A stretch of DNA of 64,000 nucleotides from NCBI RefSeq assembly GCF_009914755.1, contig NC_060934.1. The stretch is one strand, 5' to 3'. The stretch is from the human T2T-CHM13v2.0 reference genome, Homo sapiens. The notes under the pieces were generated by a model. It did no database searches. It was not told where the DNA came from and saw only the letters and a list, made by a program, of their open reading frames with translations. Shown here in pieces: positions 1 through 12,642 of this stretch (its first letter is position 1; every line of letters begins with the position of its first letter). The position numbers were made by a program, and so were the translations under genes.

Positions 1-1800
1 GTCAGGTTCCAGCCTTCCCCAATTCCATCAAGTGACTCAGCCTCAGTTCTAGTGTTCTGCCTGAAACCGGCGGCCGTGCCCAGCCCCTCACAATGACCGC
101 TCTGCTTCTTCTCTCAGCAGAAGCAAAGGTTCCTACTTTCCTCCCAGAGGGATGTGGGGAGACACGTTGAGGCACAACCCACTCAGAAACGGAATGCTGC
201 AGTTTCCGAGATGACTGAAACCAAGTTGTTCATGTGTCACTTACACCCTTCATTGAGCTGTCAGCGCAGAAACTAATATTCCCCACAACTCCCCAGTGAC
301 TATCTAGGCAGCCAGCCTTGCCGCTTCCACCCGCCTTGTACCTTATAAATGGAGACGTGTCAAGAGTGTAGGTTGACGTCAGATGGCAGCTGGGAATGCT
401 GGGAGCTGGGAGGCCAGGATATTGAGGAAGAGAGGAGGATTCTGCTGTAATATCTGCCACCCCTTTGAGTTGATGGAGAAGATCCCACTGGCTGGGCGGG
501 GGATTCCCTTCTCTTCACATTTGCCTGTTAACTTTCTCAGATAGGAAAGCATAATTCTTGGGTCAAGTGTTTAAAAGAAACATTCCAGTGTTCCTGTAGG
601 TTCTCAAGCTTTCTATTGGAGAGCATGAAGTCTTTATAACCATACCTGTCACTTAGTGAACACCTGCCAAGCACCTGGGGCTATCAGTGCATACCTTATT
701 GCATCTGGGATAGCTTTAACAAGGTAAGTGCTAGAATCCTGGTCTCACAGAAGTTCAGAGAGGTGAGATGAGTTGCTCAAAGACATATGGGTAGGGAGTG
801 ACTGAGCCAAGAGTTAAAGGTCAGCGTCAGGCCAGTTGGCTATAACTCAGCCTTTAGGCCATGCCACAACACCAAAGACTGGGGCAGGCGCTGGAAACAC
901 AGAGAAGCCACATGTGTATGTTTTCGGCCTGATTTCCAGTAGGGCCACGCATAAGTACCATGACATGAACTCAGATGGCCTCCAAGCTCCTGTGAGTGAA
1001 GCAGGCATTTGAGTTTCTCTAGCAAAATTGGTGGGTTCCCCTGCAGTCATCCCCAGTCTCCCATGTCACTGACAGTAGTTTATGTAGCTGGAGTTCCCAA
1101 GAGACCATCAGCACTGGTAGCCAGAGCCACTGGCAGATGCAGTTGGCATCTCAGAAAGACAGGACATCCAACTCTACCAGCCAAAGAGCCGCCTGCACTT
1201 GTGTACTGGGGCACACGAGGCCACAGTGGGAAACATATTTGCAAAGCTGCACCTTCACTCTTAATAGAAGTCTGACACCTCCAAGTCACAGTCACACAGG
1301 CTCTGTGTCCTCAAAGCCCTAGGTCACAGAGGACTCTTCCCAGAGTCTTTGAGCAGCAGGGCCTGCACATCCACAACAGGTTCTCATCCAAAAGCTCAAA
1401 TGACATATTTTCTGAATTAAAATCCACATGTCTGGAAGCATTTGTAAGGCTATGCTCTCCACAGCGATCTACGCTTACAAATAATTGTGGTTGTCATAAA
1501 TCATTGGAATCAGCCTTTGAGGCACTTGAAAATCTGACAGCACCATTATTGTGGCTTTTCAAAGTCAGGAAAATGTGTAGATGGGAGAGGGGTCTCATAT
1601 GCAGGGGATTCCCAAAGATTGATATTCTATTAATAAAATGACTTCTCCATTCTGTCTCATAAAAATTTAAAGCATCAGCTCATTACTTCAAATATGCAGG
1701 TCTTCAAATACACAAGCTGAGTTCTCCAGAAGTCTTGGGAAGACCCTGGGCTGGCTGTCCAAGGAATGTTCTGTGGCCCAAGTTGCATTTAGTACACAAC

Positions 1801-1912
1801 GTATGTGTGTGTGTATGTATACATGTGTATGTATGTATGTGTGTGCATGTGTTTACGTGTGTGTGTGTGTGAGTGAGAGAGGGAAAGAGGAAGAGAGAAG
1901 AGAGGAGAGATG
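1801..1912. repeat. (TG)n/(TATG)n microsatellite running into a GA-rich tract
   Basis: Directly visible simple repeat. Confidence 0.9.
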
Positions 1913-3262
1913 ATGGTGGTATAGAAGGTGTAAATAAAGGGTGCTAATTTGTCACTTTAAACTCAGGATTTGAAAGTACAGGTGCTTGATCACACTGAGG
2001 AATGGGAACCTGAGTCAAGGAGGCCAGTGGGGCAGCCTGGCACCAGGAAGGCACATGGTCACCGGCACCCACCTTCCAGTTTCAAATCCTGGTTCCTGAA
2101 TGTTCCGGCTGTGTAGCTTTGACACTTCTCTGCCTTGGTTCCATCTTCTGTACCATAGGGAGAGTGATACTGGGGTCCTGAGATGGTCTCTGTGAAGCAG
2201 TTAAGGAGACACAGAGCCCCTGGGGGCCCACAGGAGGTGCTGGGTCAGGGGCTGCAGGGGTTATGGTCCTGTTCTCACTTTGGAACTTGCTTCCCTTGGG
2301 GATTCCCATTGTGGAGCAAGATCAGGACACTGGTCTCTCCAGAGGCTCAGAGAAGGCCTTGGAGTTCTGGCAGACATGCCTCCCTCCTGCCTCCCGGGAC
2401 CAGGACTGCCTAGGCTGCTGGGTGGGAATGTGAGGTCCCCATGGGTGAGGAGCAAGGGTGGGCAGCTTCCTGTCTCCATCAGCCCTGGACTGCAGCAGCC
2501 AGCTCAGATGCGCCAGTCCCCCACATCAGAGGGGCTTGTCACTGAGAGAGGAGGCATGGCTCCATGGAATAGTTCCCTGGACAGCTGTCAGAACATAGGA
2601 GTACAAGCACACAGGGTTTGGGGGTCTGGCAAGATCTGTGGGTATCTGCTCTGTGTCTCACCCTAAGTCAGAAAAATACACATCTCTGTGCTCTGCTTCC
2701 TTTTCATCCACAAGCTCTGCGCCCTGCAGCACTTTGTATCCTCTCCAAACCCACACACCCCAGGCTTCCATAGGGGCTGGGCTCTTGTGTCAGAATCCCC
2801 TGACATGCTTGGAAGAGGGGATCCCGGCCTCTCCCCAGCTCCATCCCCTACCCCAACCTGATCTGCTGACCGAGGGTGTGGACCTAACCCCAGGGGATTT
2901 TCCGGGGGGAGCTGTGTCAGGGCAGGCATGTGAGCCTTTTGAGCACATAAGCATGAACGTTTCCCCCGAATGGAGCCTCATGTCCCAGAGAGCACACGGA
3001 AAGTCATCTTGTGCTCAGTGGAAGGTCTGGGCAGGTGGCAGGCAGCGATGTTTGTGGGGACAGGCCCTAATTTCTAGAGGGTGGCAAGGGGCGGCACCCT
3101 GTTCCTGGGGCTGCTAATCTTTGTCAGATCTCCAGGGTTGACCTTGGCATACACGTGCTCTAGGAGTGGGGTGGGGCTGGTTGATGCTGTTATGGCCAGG
3201 GGTCCCCAGAACAACCACACAACCACACAGCCTCCCCTGCTCCCCATGGGGTTCTTCAGGTG

Positions 3263-3703
3263 GCATCTTGGTTTGCTAGGGCTGCCGTAACAGAGTACCG
3301 CAAACCAAGCGGCTCTAACACAGAAAGACCTCTCACAGTTCCCAAGGCCAGAAGTCCAAGATCAAGGTGTTGGTTCCTTCTGAGGGTTGTGAAGAAGAGC
3401 TCACTCCACCCATTCCCCGAGCTCCTGGTGGTTTGCTGGCCATTTTTGGATTCCTTGGCTTGCAGATGTCTCACTCTGATCTCTGCCTTCGTGTTCACAC
3501 GGCACTCACCCTGTGTGTGTGTCTCTGTCCAAGTTTCTGCCTTTATGAGAACACCAATAGTACGGAATTAGGGGACCGCCTTACTCCATTATGACCTGAT
3601 TTGTATCTGAAACAATCGTATTTCTAAGTAGGATCACATTCCGACACTAGGGGTTAGGACTTCAACATGTGAATTTTTGGGGGAGATGCAATTCAACCCT
3701 CAA
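3263..3703 (-). mobile_element. ERVL-MaLR solo LTR (MLT1C-like)
   Basis: TAGGGCTGCCGTAACAGAGTACC...GGCCAGAAGTCCAAGATCAAGGTGT...GGGGTTAGGACTTCAACAT...AATTCAACCC matches the reverse of the MLT1B/C consensus. Confidence 0.8.
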
Positions 3704-4599
3704 TGGGGGCCATGACAAAAGGAAGCCAAGTCGTGCTCTGTCAACACCTGAGCCCAATAACCCCTCACTGTAGGGCTTTCTGCCAGAACTGAGCAGGAGA
3801 TAGGGCCTTACACTGAAGACTTCTGCTCTGCGAGCTGCCTGCCTCCCACGTCCCGTCCTGAGACCATCCACTAACTTTGACTGTGGAGGGGGAAAGGCAT
3901 TAAATAAACTGACAACACGGAGGAGGAGAGGCTCCCTTTAGCACACTGTGACCCTGCCCACTAGTGACATGTGACTGGGCAGAATTGTAATGCCCCTTTC
4001 CTGGAGGGAAGGGCACAAGGAAGGGGTGAGCAGAGCTAGATCTGGCAGGAAAACATGGACTGAATTGTCCCTCTCTAAAAGGTCATCTGGAAGGGATCTG
4101 GTGCTCATCCAGATGCCTGCCCGGATCTGGAATTAGAAAGAAGTCGTTGTGGCAATATCGAAACCCTTGCCTCTTCTCATCAACGAAAGGAGCTGGGGGC
4201 TGTCAGAGCTAGTGTGGAGCATAGCCAGCAGCCAGCCACGGCAGGCGCAGGGAACCACCTGCATGGGGCCGCGAGAAAGCAGCTCAGCCAGCCACAGCCG
4301 GGCCTGGAGGGGGCATCCCAGCTACCCCCCGCCAGTGGCCACGTGGCAGCAGTGTCCAGGCCTGTATTCAGCCAAAGCATCTCTTTGCTTGGAGGCCCTG
4401 ATAAAGGCCAGACATTGGCTTTTCAAAGCAGAAATTGTCATTGTGCACAGTGTGGACGGGCAAGTGACAAAAGTTCCAGACAGCATATAGTGACCTCATG
4501 GGAAAGGGGTTCTTGGAGCCGGAAGGGACCCCAGAGCTTCCTTTGTCATGTCTGCAATGCTGAGATTCACATCTTGGCGTGGCCACTAGCCAGGACTTG

Positions 4600-4770
4600 G
4601 ACTGCAGTTAGATGGAGCTGGGCTTCCCATGCAGGAGACCCTGACTTGCTGCTCATCTCTCTGAGCCTCAATTTCCTCACCTGTAAAGTGGGAATAATGA
4701 TTCTCATTCTGCTGGATAATTGTACGGTTAGAGATTGTACACATAAGTGCTCGGCCCAAAGGAGACACTC
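4600..4770 (+). mobile_element. MIR SINE fragment
   Basis: MIR core CTCTCTGAGCCTCAATTTCCTCACCTGTAAAGTGGGAATAATGA. Confidence 0.75.
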
Positions 4771-6369
4771 AACTGGGAATTACGATGTCTGAGCCAGGTG
4801 GAGAGCTGAGACTTGCCATGAAATCTCTGAGAAGGAAATGCAATAGATTTTACCTCTTAATTATCTAAATGGTGAAATTTTAGATTGTCTTGAATAATTT
4901 TATTCTGTGAAATCTACAGAGCCTGCAAATAACAATTTTGATCTTGCTGGATGGTTTGATGATATCTGGTTCTTTCAATAAATCCTTTTGGGAGAGCCAA
5001 AATGCTAAGCCTGAATTTAGCAAGGTATAAAAAACTATAGACATTTTGAAAAAGCAATTTGGCATCGCATAGCAACAATGTGTTGGCATTCAGCTAATTC
5101 ATTGTTATTATTAGGTGTGAATTCTAAATTCAGGTTTTTTTGTCCCTTTGAATTCATCACTTCTCAAAATAGATTTCTTTAAAGTATAGATTTCCTAAGT
5201 GTTCACAGCTCCATTTCCCCATTCAGGCTCCCAAGCATATGAGAGGAGACATAGCCACAGTCCCCCACAGGGTCAGAGGGCAAAGGTAGACAGTGGTGCT
5301 GAAAATGGGATGCTAACTAGAGGGTCCTCAGAGTGGACTCCTTGAGAGCCTGTTCCAGAAAGGGGCATTTCTGTGGAGAATCACACTCCACCAGCTTCCT
5401 CCTCCTCCTCTTCGCCAGCTCTACAGCCCAAAGAAGGCTTAAGTATAACCAATTAAAGATAGAAGCACTGAGTTCCAGCTCAAGCTCAGTTCTTTCTGTA
5501 CCTGGGTCCTCACCTGGCCAGATCCCCAAGCTGAGAGCCACCACCGCCTTCTATCTGCAGGTACTCCAGGTAGAATACAGGTACTAGACCCCCAGTCAGA
5601 GGGGAGTACAGGTGCTGCACCTTCCATGGCCACTGACTTGCTGTGTGATATCTGGCAACCCCTTTCCCTCTCTGGGCTTCAATTTTTTCATATGACAGTG
5701 GGTGGAGGAGACAGTGTTATATGATCTCCAGACTCTCTCCCAGCTCTGTGGGTCTTTTCTATTTCATGTTAATGCTGGATAATGTCCAAATATGGCCAAG
5801 GGTGCTGGACACACTTGAGAGAGTAAATGGCCTGATTTGGGTGGAGGGTAGAATTCTGTTGAAGGCTTTCCCTGACCTCATAACATGGTATTAGCACCCT
5901 TGCCTGGAGCTGTCTGGTGGCACCGAGAGGACTCTAAGATACATGGGCTGTGTCTTTCCTTGCCCTCCCCCAAAGAATGAAGGTCCCTTTAGGATCACCT
6001 GACCGCGGCTATTGTCAAAGACCACCAGGATCCGAACCCAGGGAAGAGGCCTTCCTTGCCAGCATTCTTTCCTGTGCATGACATACTTTGAGCTTTGCAA
6101 AATGTTTTCAAAATTGTTCTGAGCCCTTCCTTCCATGCAACTTCCTTAGGAACACAGAGCCAGGATCGGAAGCAAACAATGGGACCAGACTCTTCTAGTT
6201 AAAAGATCATTGAGACGATATTGTCCCACCTTTTTGTTTTTCCCATGAGACATGCAGGTCCAAGGAGTGAACAGAGATGCCCAGGACCATATGACAAGTC
6301 AGCAGCAGAGTTGGCGCCAAAGCCAAGACAGCCAGCTATTAGCTAATAGCTGGGTTCTCAGTGCAGCTT

Positions 6370-6600
6370 GGATTTCAGAGTCAGACGGACCTAGGTTCAA
6401 ATTCTGCCTTTACAATTACTGGCCATGTGACCTTGGGCAAAGTATCTAACCTCCTGGGACATCTGTTTCCTTGCATGTAAAACAGAGATGGCATATCTCC
6501 CAGGGCTCAGCAAAACCACATATGGAAAGTGCTTAACACAGTGTGTAGAATAAAATACAGCCTGATGAATGTTCACCATCATCATCATTGGTGTAAACTG
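6370..6600 (+). mobile_element. MIR SINE (an opposite-orientation MIR piece lies at ~6190-6330)
   Basis: GGTTCAAATTCTGCCT...TGTGACCTTGGGCAAAGTATCTAACCTC...GTTTCCTTGCATGTAAAA. Confidence 0.75.
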
Positions 6601-6748
6601 TTATTGTTATTTGAGGAGGCAGTCTCAGATAAATTGAGGGTTGGGCTGCGAAACCGTGGTCTGCAGGGCACAGACAGGCCCTGGCCCATGGCCACTCCCA
6701 GCGGTGCTTAGCTATGTCCTCATTAACAGCTTCCCTGTCTCTCCACAG

Positions 6749-6980
6749 GCTAGTGGAGCTCTTCTCCACGGTGCCCATCGGCTCCCACTGGGGGGTGCTG
6801 TCCAAGTGCTTGGCGTACAGCAAGGCCGCATCCGACCCCTTTGTGTACTCCTTACTGCGACACCAGTACCGCAAAAGCTGCAAGGAGATTCTGAACAGGC
6901 TCCTGCACAGACGCTCCATCCACTCCTCTGGCCTCACAGGCGACTCTCACAGCCAGAACATTCTGCCGGTGTCTGAGTGA
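6749..6980 (+). CDS. GPR26: Final coding exon of orphan G-protein-coupled receptor 26 (ECL3, TM7, helix 8, C-tail); partial CDS
   Basis: Phase-2 acceptor, then (R)LVELFSTVPIGSHWGVLSKCLAYSKAASDPFVYSLLRHQYRKSCKEILNRLLHRRSIHSSGLTGDSHSQNILPVSE and TGA at 6978-6980. DPFVY is the DPxxY variant of the class-A NPxxY motif. I recognise the peptide as the GPR26 C-terminus (paralogue GPR78 differs). Confidence 0.96.
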
Positions 6981-8072
6981 AGGACCGCGCTCCTGCTGAA
7001 GAGTTTAGAATGAGGCAGCGGTGAGAAGAAGGGTGGGAGGGCGTGGGGGCCCCTGGGTGGACACCACCAGCCACCAGTCCCTGGCATGCCCAGTGATCCT
7101 GGTTCCCTGGCTTGTAGGGGCTCCAGAGCCTGCTTCCTGGTTCCTCAAGGGCAGATATTGGACACTCCTTATTTGTCACCAAAGGATGACTGTAGGCCGT
7201 GTGCTGGCCTTTCTTTCTAAGAAGCTGCTTTGAGCTCCTGGACTCACCTGAGGCTCCCTGGGGGATGACACTCAGTTCTGTCACTGTCAAGGATGCAGAG
7301 AGCTGGTGGTAGGTGGGAAGCATGGTGTCCACCTGCCTGCTGACCACTGGACGCTGCTCCATGCTGAAGAAAAGTGACAGTCTCCAGGGGACATTTCAGC
7401 CATGCTGAAAGGGAGGCTGGCAGTGGTCATTTGGCCCGGATCTAACATGGCACCTCGTCTCCACAGGGTAGTGGTGGCTGCTTCAACCCAAATATTATTC
7501 AGCTGGTACTAACGACATTGTGCCCAGCTGGGACTCTTGGGCTCTGTGCCTGAGGGAAAATGTTTCACAACTAGTGGCTGCCCAATTGCTGCTGACCAGT
7601 TGTCTTAGAAATGGTCAATTGGATTCAACTTTAGTCCTCTCCTTCCCCCTAAAAGCGAATGTTTGTGTGTGCAGACAATCTTAGCATGAAAATGGTTTAA
7701 ATAGGCTGGTCCTACATGTATTAGGTTCTTTCAAGTTTGACTGGGAGGTCACCTTTTTCTGATTTACAAGTCCTAATTGTTGGAGCTCAGTAAAGGTAGG
7801 AGGAAGGTGGCTGGTTGGTCCTCCCTTCCCCCTGTTTGTGACCTGAATTTACAGGAAGTGTTTCAACTTGTCTTATGCATCTTATCTGGCATGTCCTGGG
7901 AGATGGATGGGCAAGAACTGGCCTGAGCAGGGATTTTTGCCTTGATTTTAAGTCACTGGGTTCCATTGTCCTGGCACCTCCATTTCCTTAGTTTCTGTAA
8001 GCCTGTTAACAGAAAGTAGAGGCTATTCAAGGTTATCAAGAAAGTGCCCTGTGCTAATGATGAGACAGTGAA

Positions 8073-8177
8073 TTTTTTTTTTTTCGAGATGGGAGTTTCA
8101 CTCTTATTGCCCAGGCTAGAGTGCAATGGTGCGATCTAGGCTCACCGCAACCTCTGCCTTCCAGGTTCAAGTGATTA
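8073..8177 (-). mobile_element. Heavily 5'-truncated Alu (right-arm 3' end only) with target-site duplication
   Basis: Poly-T then GAGATGGGAGTTTCACTCTT...CAGGTTCAAGTGATT; flanked by GAGACAGTGAA at 8062-8072 and 8178-8188. Confidence 0.9.
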
Positions 8178-8251
8178 GAGACAGTGAAATTTTTATGGAA
8201 TACTGCACCTATAAAACACATGCCAATCTGTTAGCAGTCCTGACTTGATTT

Positions 8252-8257
8252 AATAAA
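8252..8257 (+). terminator. Candidate proximal polyadenylation signal AATAAA
   Basis: First canonical hexamer I saw after the stop; U-rich sequence (TTTCTGG..TCTCTTCTTTGTC) lies 25-45 nt downstream. Confidence 0.45.
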
Positions 8258-8772
8258 AACCAAGGAGAGCCACCCCTGCTTTCTGGCCATCTCTTCTTTG
8301 TCTACCATTTCAAATTAACTTGTGAATACTCAGAGCAGTTATTTTTCAATCCTCCACTCTAAGTGATTCCTCCAGGGTGGGAAGCACGGGGAGCAATGGA
8401 ATCAGATGGCTCATTCTCTCCTTCCAGCTCTTTACATCCTAACTTTGGAGGTATAGAAGGAAGGATGTGGTCCAACGGGAAGGAAGTGAAGAGTCTATTG
8501 GTTTTTACTTCTAGGCAGTCCCAATTTTTAAAGGCAGAGAAGTATCTGCATCTTTATTTGAAAAGACGTCTTATTAACTCTTAGCTCCTCAGTTAGAAAA
8601 CAATTCACCTGGCTTAGTCTTGTCTAGTTTCAAAGTTACCATGGAGACTAGAATGGAGACAGGTGTAGCTTCCAAGGAGGCCTTGGCATCTTGCAGTTGC
8701 TGTCAGAGATGGGCTCGTATCTGCTTGGGGAAGCCAATGGGGCACAATCCTTCCCAATTTCATGATCTGGGG

Positions 8773-8898
8773 CATCATGTCGGTAGCTGAAGTCAGCCAC
8801 GGTGGGAGTGTTTATACCATGAAAATCAGCAAGTGCTGTAAATCAGGCCTTTTGCCCCACAGAGAGCTGATTGTGAAACATCTACTAGCACACCACTG
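8773..8898 (-). mobile_element. hAT DNA transposon fragment (MER63-like)
   Basis: Reverse strand reads CAGTGGTGTGCTAGTAGATGTTT...CCTGATTTACAGCACTTGCTGATTTTCATGGTATAAACACTCCCACC. Confidence 0.7.
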
Positions 8899-10188
8899 CC
8901 AGACATGACTGTGTGTGTCCCTGAAACAAAATTGCTCTGGCTCAGAGCTCCTTTGGCCACTCATATTACAATAGCAACAGACATTTGCTTCCTGGTGGCA
9001 AGTAACTGTGCACCCTCCAACATCCCAACCCCAGAGGAACCAGTGGGATTGAAAACCAGCAGAAGCCAAGACAGGATGCACAGCTGAATTGGAGGAGAGT
9101 AGCTCCCTTCTCACACAAACGCTTTCAAAGTTGGGCAAAAGTGGCCCAGTGCATGAGGTCAGTCAACAGCCAAATTCCAGCAGCAAAATACATTTTCATC
9201 AATATCACTTTGGGAGAATAACTGTGGCACATGCTCTTTCTGCTTTCTCTGTACTGTATAGGCAACATGTTGTACTCCCAGTAGCAACTAGATCTCTTTT
9301 ACCTCTTCTTTAGCCAAGAAGCAAGATCTGTCACCCACAACACCACATATCTTGAAAAGATGCTTTTCATAATTTTCACTATACCTCTAAAACCAATTGT
9401 ACCGACATCACGTAGACAAAAACTCCAGATAAATCCATTGATTGGGTATTTTCATTATTATTTGGACACATGAATTAAATCCCAAGGGAAAGTGAGAAGA
9501 AAATTAATGTATTAGCAACCAGTGTTAGCCAACTCTGCTGTAATTACCTTTAGATAAATGTTTATTTTCATCTCTATACAGTCTATCAAATTTGCCCCCT
9601 GGCTTTATTACTCCCAATTGAATTATCTACCTCATTTTGTTAATTTAATTTATCAAAGGTAACATTGTTTTCTCAGGTATAACACATAGAAACACCAAGA
9701 TTTTCAGCATCTGAATCAAACTAAAATTACTTGCTTGACTTCACTCCAGGGTGAGACTTGACCTTTAAGGCCCAAACTCTGGTGAACTGTTGGACTGGGT
9801 AGAAATCTTTCAAGAAGCTTGAAAATAAGGCCATAAAGGAGGGGCTTTCAAATTCCTAAATCCACATATAGGGCTGAGTTCCTAGTCCTACACAATCAGA
9901 ATTTGCCTTTTTAAGTCACCCTGCAACTATTCCGGCTTTTTATATGGCACCTTTCTGAGGGAGGGGATTTTACAGCCGAGGGACCTCCAAAGGGAACGTC
10001 CATTTGCATGTGTGCCCTGGTATTTAGGGTTTGTCTCATGGTCAGCTCGCCTCTCAAAGATGGCTCACCAATCACCTGCCTGTTTTTACTTAGAAAGCAG
10101 GCTTGGGCAGGAGGGGAAATGGATTTGAACCATCTCAGACCAACTCTATCTCTTCTAGGACTCAGCTCAGCCTCCTGTCCCCATGAGC

Positions 10189-10194
10189 AATAAA
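10189..10194 (+). terminator. Candidate intermediate polyadenylation signal AATAAA
   Basis: Canonical hexamer followed by the GU/U-rich TTATGTCTGTG..GTTTTCTTTTTC. Confidence 0.35.
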
Positions 10195-10759
10195 ACTCTC
10201 TCCTTATGTCTGTGAAATTCGTTTTCTTTTTCATGGTGCCTTTCTTTCTAAGAAAAGATAGAAAGAATGGGGCCAGGTTCATGTCCCGGTTGTCACCCTT
10301 TTACATGCTTGGGTGCAGGTAGATGAGGCCTTCCCATGGCTACAGTGTGACCCTTGGAGGAACCAAAGGCTGTGCATTGTTAGAATTTAGCCCAGATGCA
10401 GGATAAACTAGCTTGCCTGAGTTTAATGAGGATATTATATCAGGTGCCAGGAATCCCTTGGGTCAGCTCCTATCCTCTGGACGGGGAGCATCATGGGAAA
10501 AAGAGGTCCAAGTCATATTTAGGGCTTCATGTGTCTGGAAGGGAGCCATTAGCTCTTAAATTATTCACAGAAGTCACCACGGAAGGTTGTTTAAGATGCA
10601 GATTCCAGCATCCCCTCCTCAGAGATCAATTTCAGCAGGGCCAGGCAGGACCTGGGTTTCCGCACTTTTAATCATCGATGCCCAGGTAACTGATAGGAGT
10701 TTTCTTCAAACCATCCCCTAAGGAGAAATGATCTTAGACACTTGGATAAACTCTATAGA

Positions 10760-11817
10760 AAATTGAGTGTTTCTATTAATAACTATCTAGGTTTCAATTG
10801 TCTTGTATCTTTCCCTAATTCTCCAAACAGTTCAATCTCCAGCTTTATTCAATGGCTGGGCCATTTTGTTCTTGGAGGGACAAAATTGACCTCTCCATGA
10901 AATTGCAAAAACCCATCTTCATTCCTTTTTATGGGGCTCCAGGTCATAAGGATGAGATATATTTGGGGTACTGGCAGAGGATGGCAGAGCTGGCTGGCTC
11001 TGAGCCAGGAAGCCTTGTTAGAGGAAGGAACTCTGGCATTCAGAGGTGTCCCCTTGGGGGCACTTGCTTGGGTCTTGGATCAAACTCTACTGGGGCAGCC
11101 TGGCTGTGGGAGGTGATGACATCTGCCACCTCTGCCACTACCCAGAGCTTGTCCTGCCCTCTTCCCAGCCAGCCTCACACACAGGAGCTGAGCCAGGCTG
11201 AGGCAAGGTCAGCGAGAGACAGTTCTCCATGCCAGTATCTGGGTGTGGGTCTCTTGTTGGCTCCCAGCTCATCCCGTGTGGCTGACCCTTCCAGGTCACT
11301 TGGAGCAGCCAGTAATGACAGTGTCCTAACAGCTGGTGGGTATGGAGGAAAGACTAGACATCAGGCTATGGACTCACATGGAGGGCCCTGGTGTTGGCTC
11401 TGGGACCTGGGCTGGGCCGGACCTGGGGAGAGGGTGGGTGGAGCTTGGCCTCTGCAGTTTGCGCTTGCAGGTTCAGGGGAGAAAGTTGTTTGAGATCAGG
11501 GTTTAGGGGTAGTGTTTCCCATTAATCTTCATCATAATCTTTTGATGTAGGTGCTGTTATTATCTCTACGTTACACATCTGGGAGGATTTGAAAGTCCTG
11601 GAGACAGGGAGGTTTTGGGGAGAATGCAAAACAGGGCAGGGCTCTCAAGGAGGGTGGACCAGTGACCATGGGGAAACTGAGTGTTTCTATTAATAAGTAT
11701 CTAAGTTTCAATTGTCTTGTATCTTTCCCTAATTCTCCAAACGGTTCAATCTCCAGTTTTATTCAGGGACTGGGCCATTTTGTTCTCAGAGGGACAAAAC
11801 TGATCTCTCCATGAAAT
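10760..11817 (+). repeat. Local direct repeat A: 10760-10903 and 11674-11817 (144 bp)
   Basis: Ungapped alignment, 12 mismatches by hand count (~92%). Confidence 0.95.
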
Positions 11818-12360
11818 CCCCTGCACCTCACTCTGGGCAGCTCTAGGCTCAGCAGATGTTTTTCTGCCATTAGGAAACAGCCCCTTACTCTCAGCTCCTG
11901 TGCTAACACCCATACCCACCAGCTGGGCGTTGGGACCTCTCCCGTCATATGGCTGCCACTTGCTTGGGAAGGAATTCTCCAGACTCCTTTTACTTTGTAT
12001 GTGTTTCTAGGGGAATTCTGAGGGAAGAAGCTTTGCAGCAACCTCTGTGCCCAGAACATACGGCTCACAAGTCCTTTGTGCCGACAGGGAATCTATCTAA
12101 TTGTTTTAGTGTGTGAGGCTCATTGTCAGCCTAGATTTCCCTGAAACTCTGGGCCAGCAGCCCCCAGGAGCATCAGTAGGACCCAGCATTTCCCCTGGCA
12201 CCAAAGTGGACCTCTTTGCACCTTGCAGCCGGGAGAACTGACTTAGAGGGCCCTGGTGTTGGCTCTGGAACCTGGGCTGAGATGGATTCGGGGAGAGGCT
12301 GGGTGGAGCTTGGCCTCTACGGTCTGTTCTTGCAGATTCAGGAGAGAAAGTGGTATGAGA
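11381..12360 (+). repeat. Local direct repeat B: 11381-11495 and 12246-12360 (115 bp)
   Basis: Ungapped alignment, about 17 mismatches (~85%). Confidence 0.92.
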
Positions 12361-12642
12361 GCAGTGTGGTTTGTAAGTTCCCCAACTTCCCCGCTGGCTC
12401 ACACTGTCTCCCCAGACCAATGGCCTATTAGCCCCCAAAAAGTTAGTCCAACCCCAGGCCAGCTGCCTTTGCTCTGCTGTGGCCTAAGTTCTGGCCTGGT
12501 CAAAGGAAGGTGGCAGGAACTCCAGGCTTGCTCCTGCCTCCTCACACCTCATTCCACAAATGCGGAGTGAAAGAGCAGGAGCCAGACACATTTGGGGGTT
12601 GACTGTCTAGAAAGGAGGAATCAGAGGTCCCAAGGAACACAA

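Larger units (their letters stand above)
1..6748 (+). other. GPR26: 3' part of the last intron of GPR26 (donor lies upstream of the window)
   Basis: Ends in a branch-like CATTAAC (6721-6727), pyrimidine tract TTCCCTGTCTCTCC and CAG acceptor (AG at 6747-6748) directly before GPCR-coding sequence; no other GPCR-like exon seen upstream. Confidence 0.85.

Noticed and set aside
6714-6748. ATG-initiated 88-aa standalone ORF
   Set aside because: The N-terminal MSSLTASLSLH is translated branch point and polypyrimidine tract; the real exon starts at 6749.
10852-11493. Longest ORF in the window (213 aa)
   Set aside because: No recognisable domain, composition typical of GC-rich non-coding DNA, overlaps two local duplicons and lies in the putative UTR.
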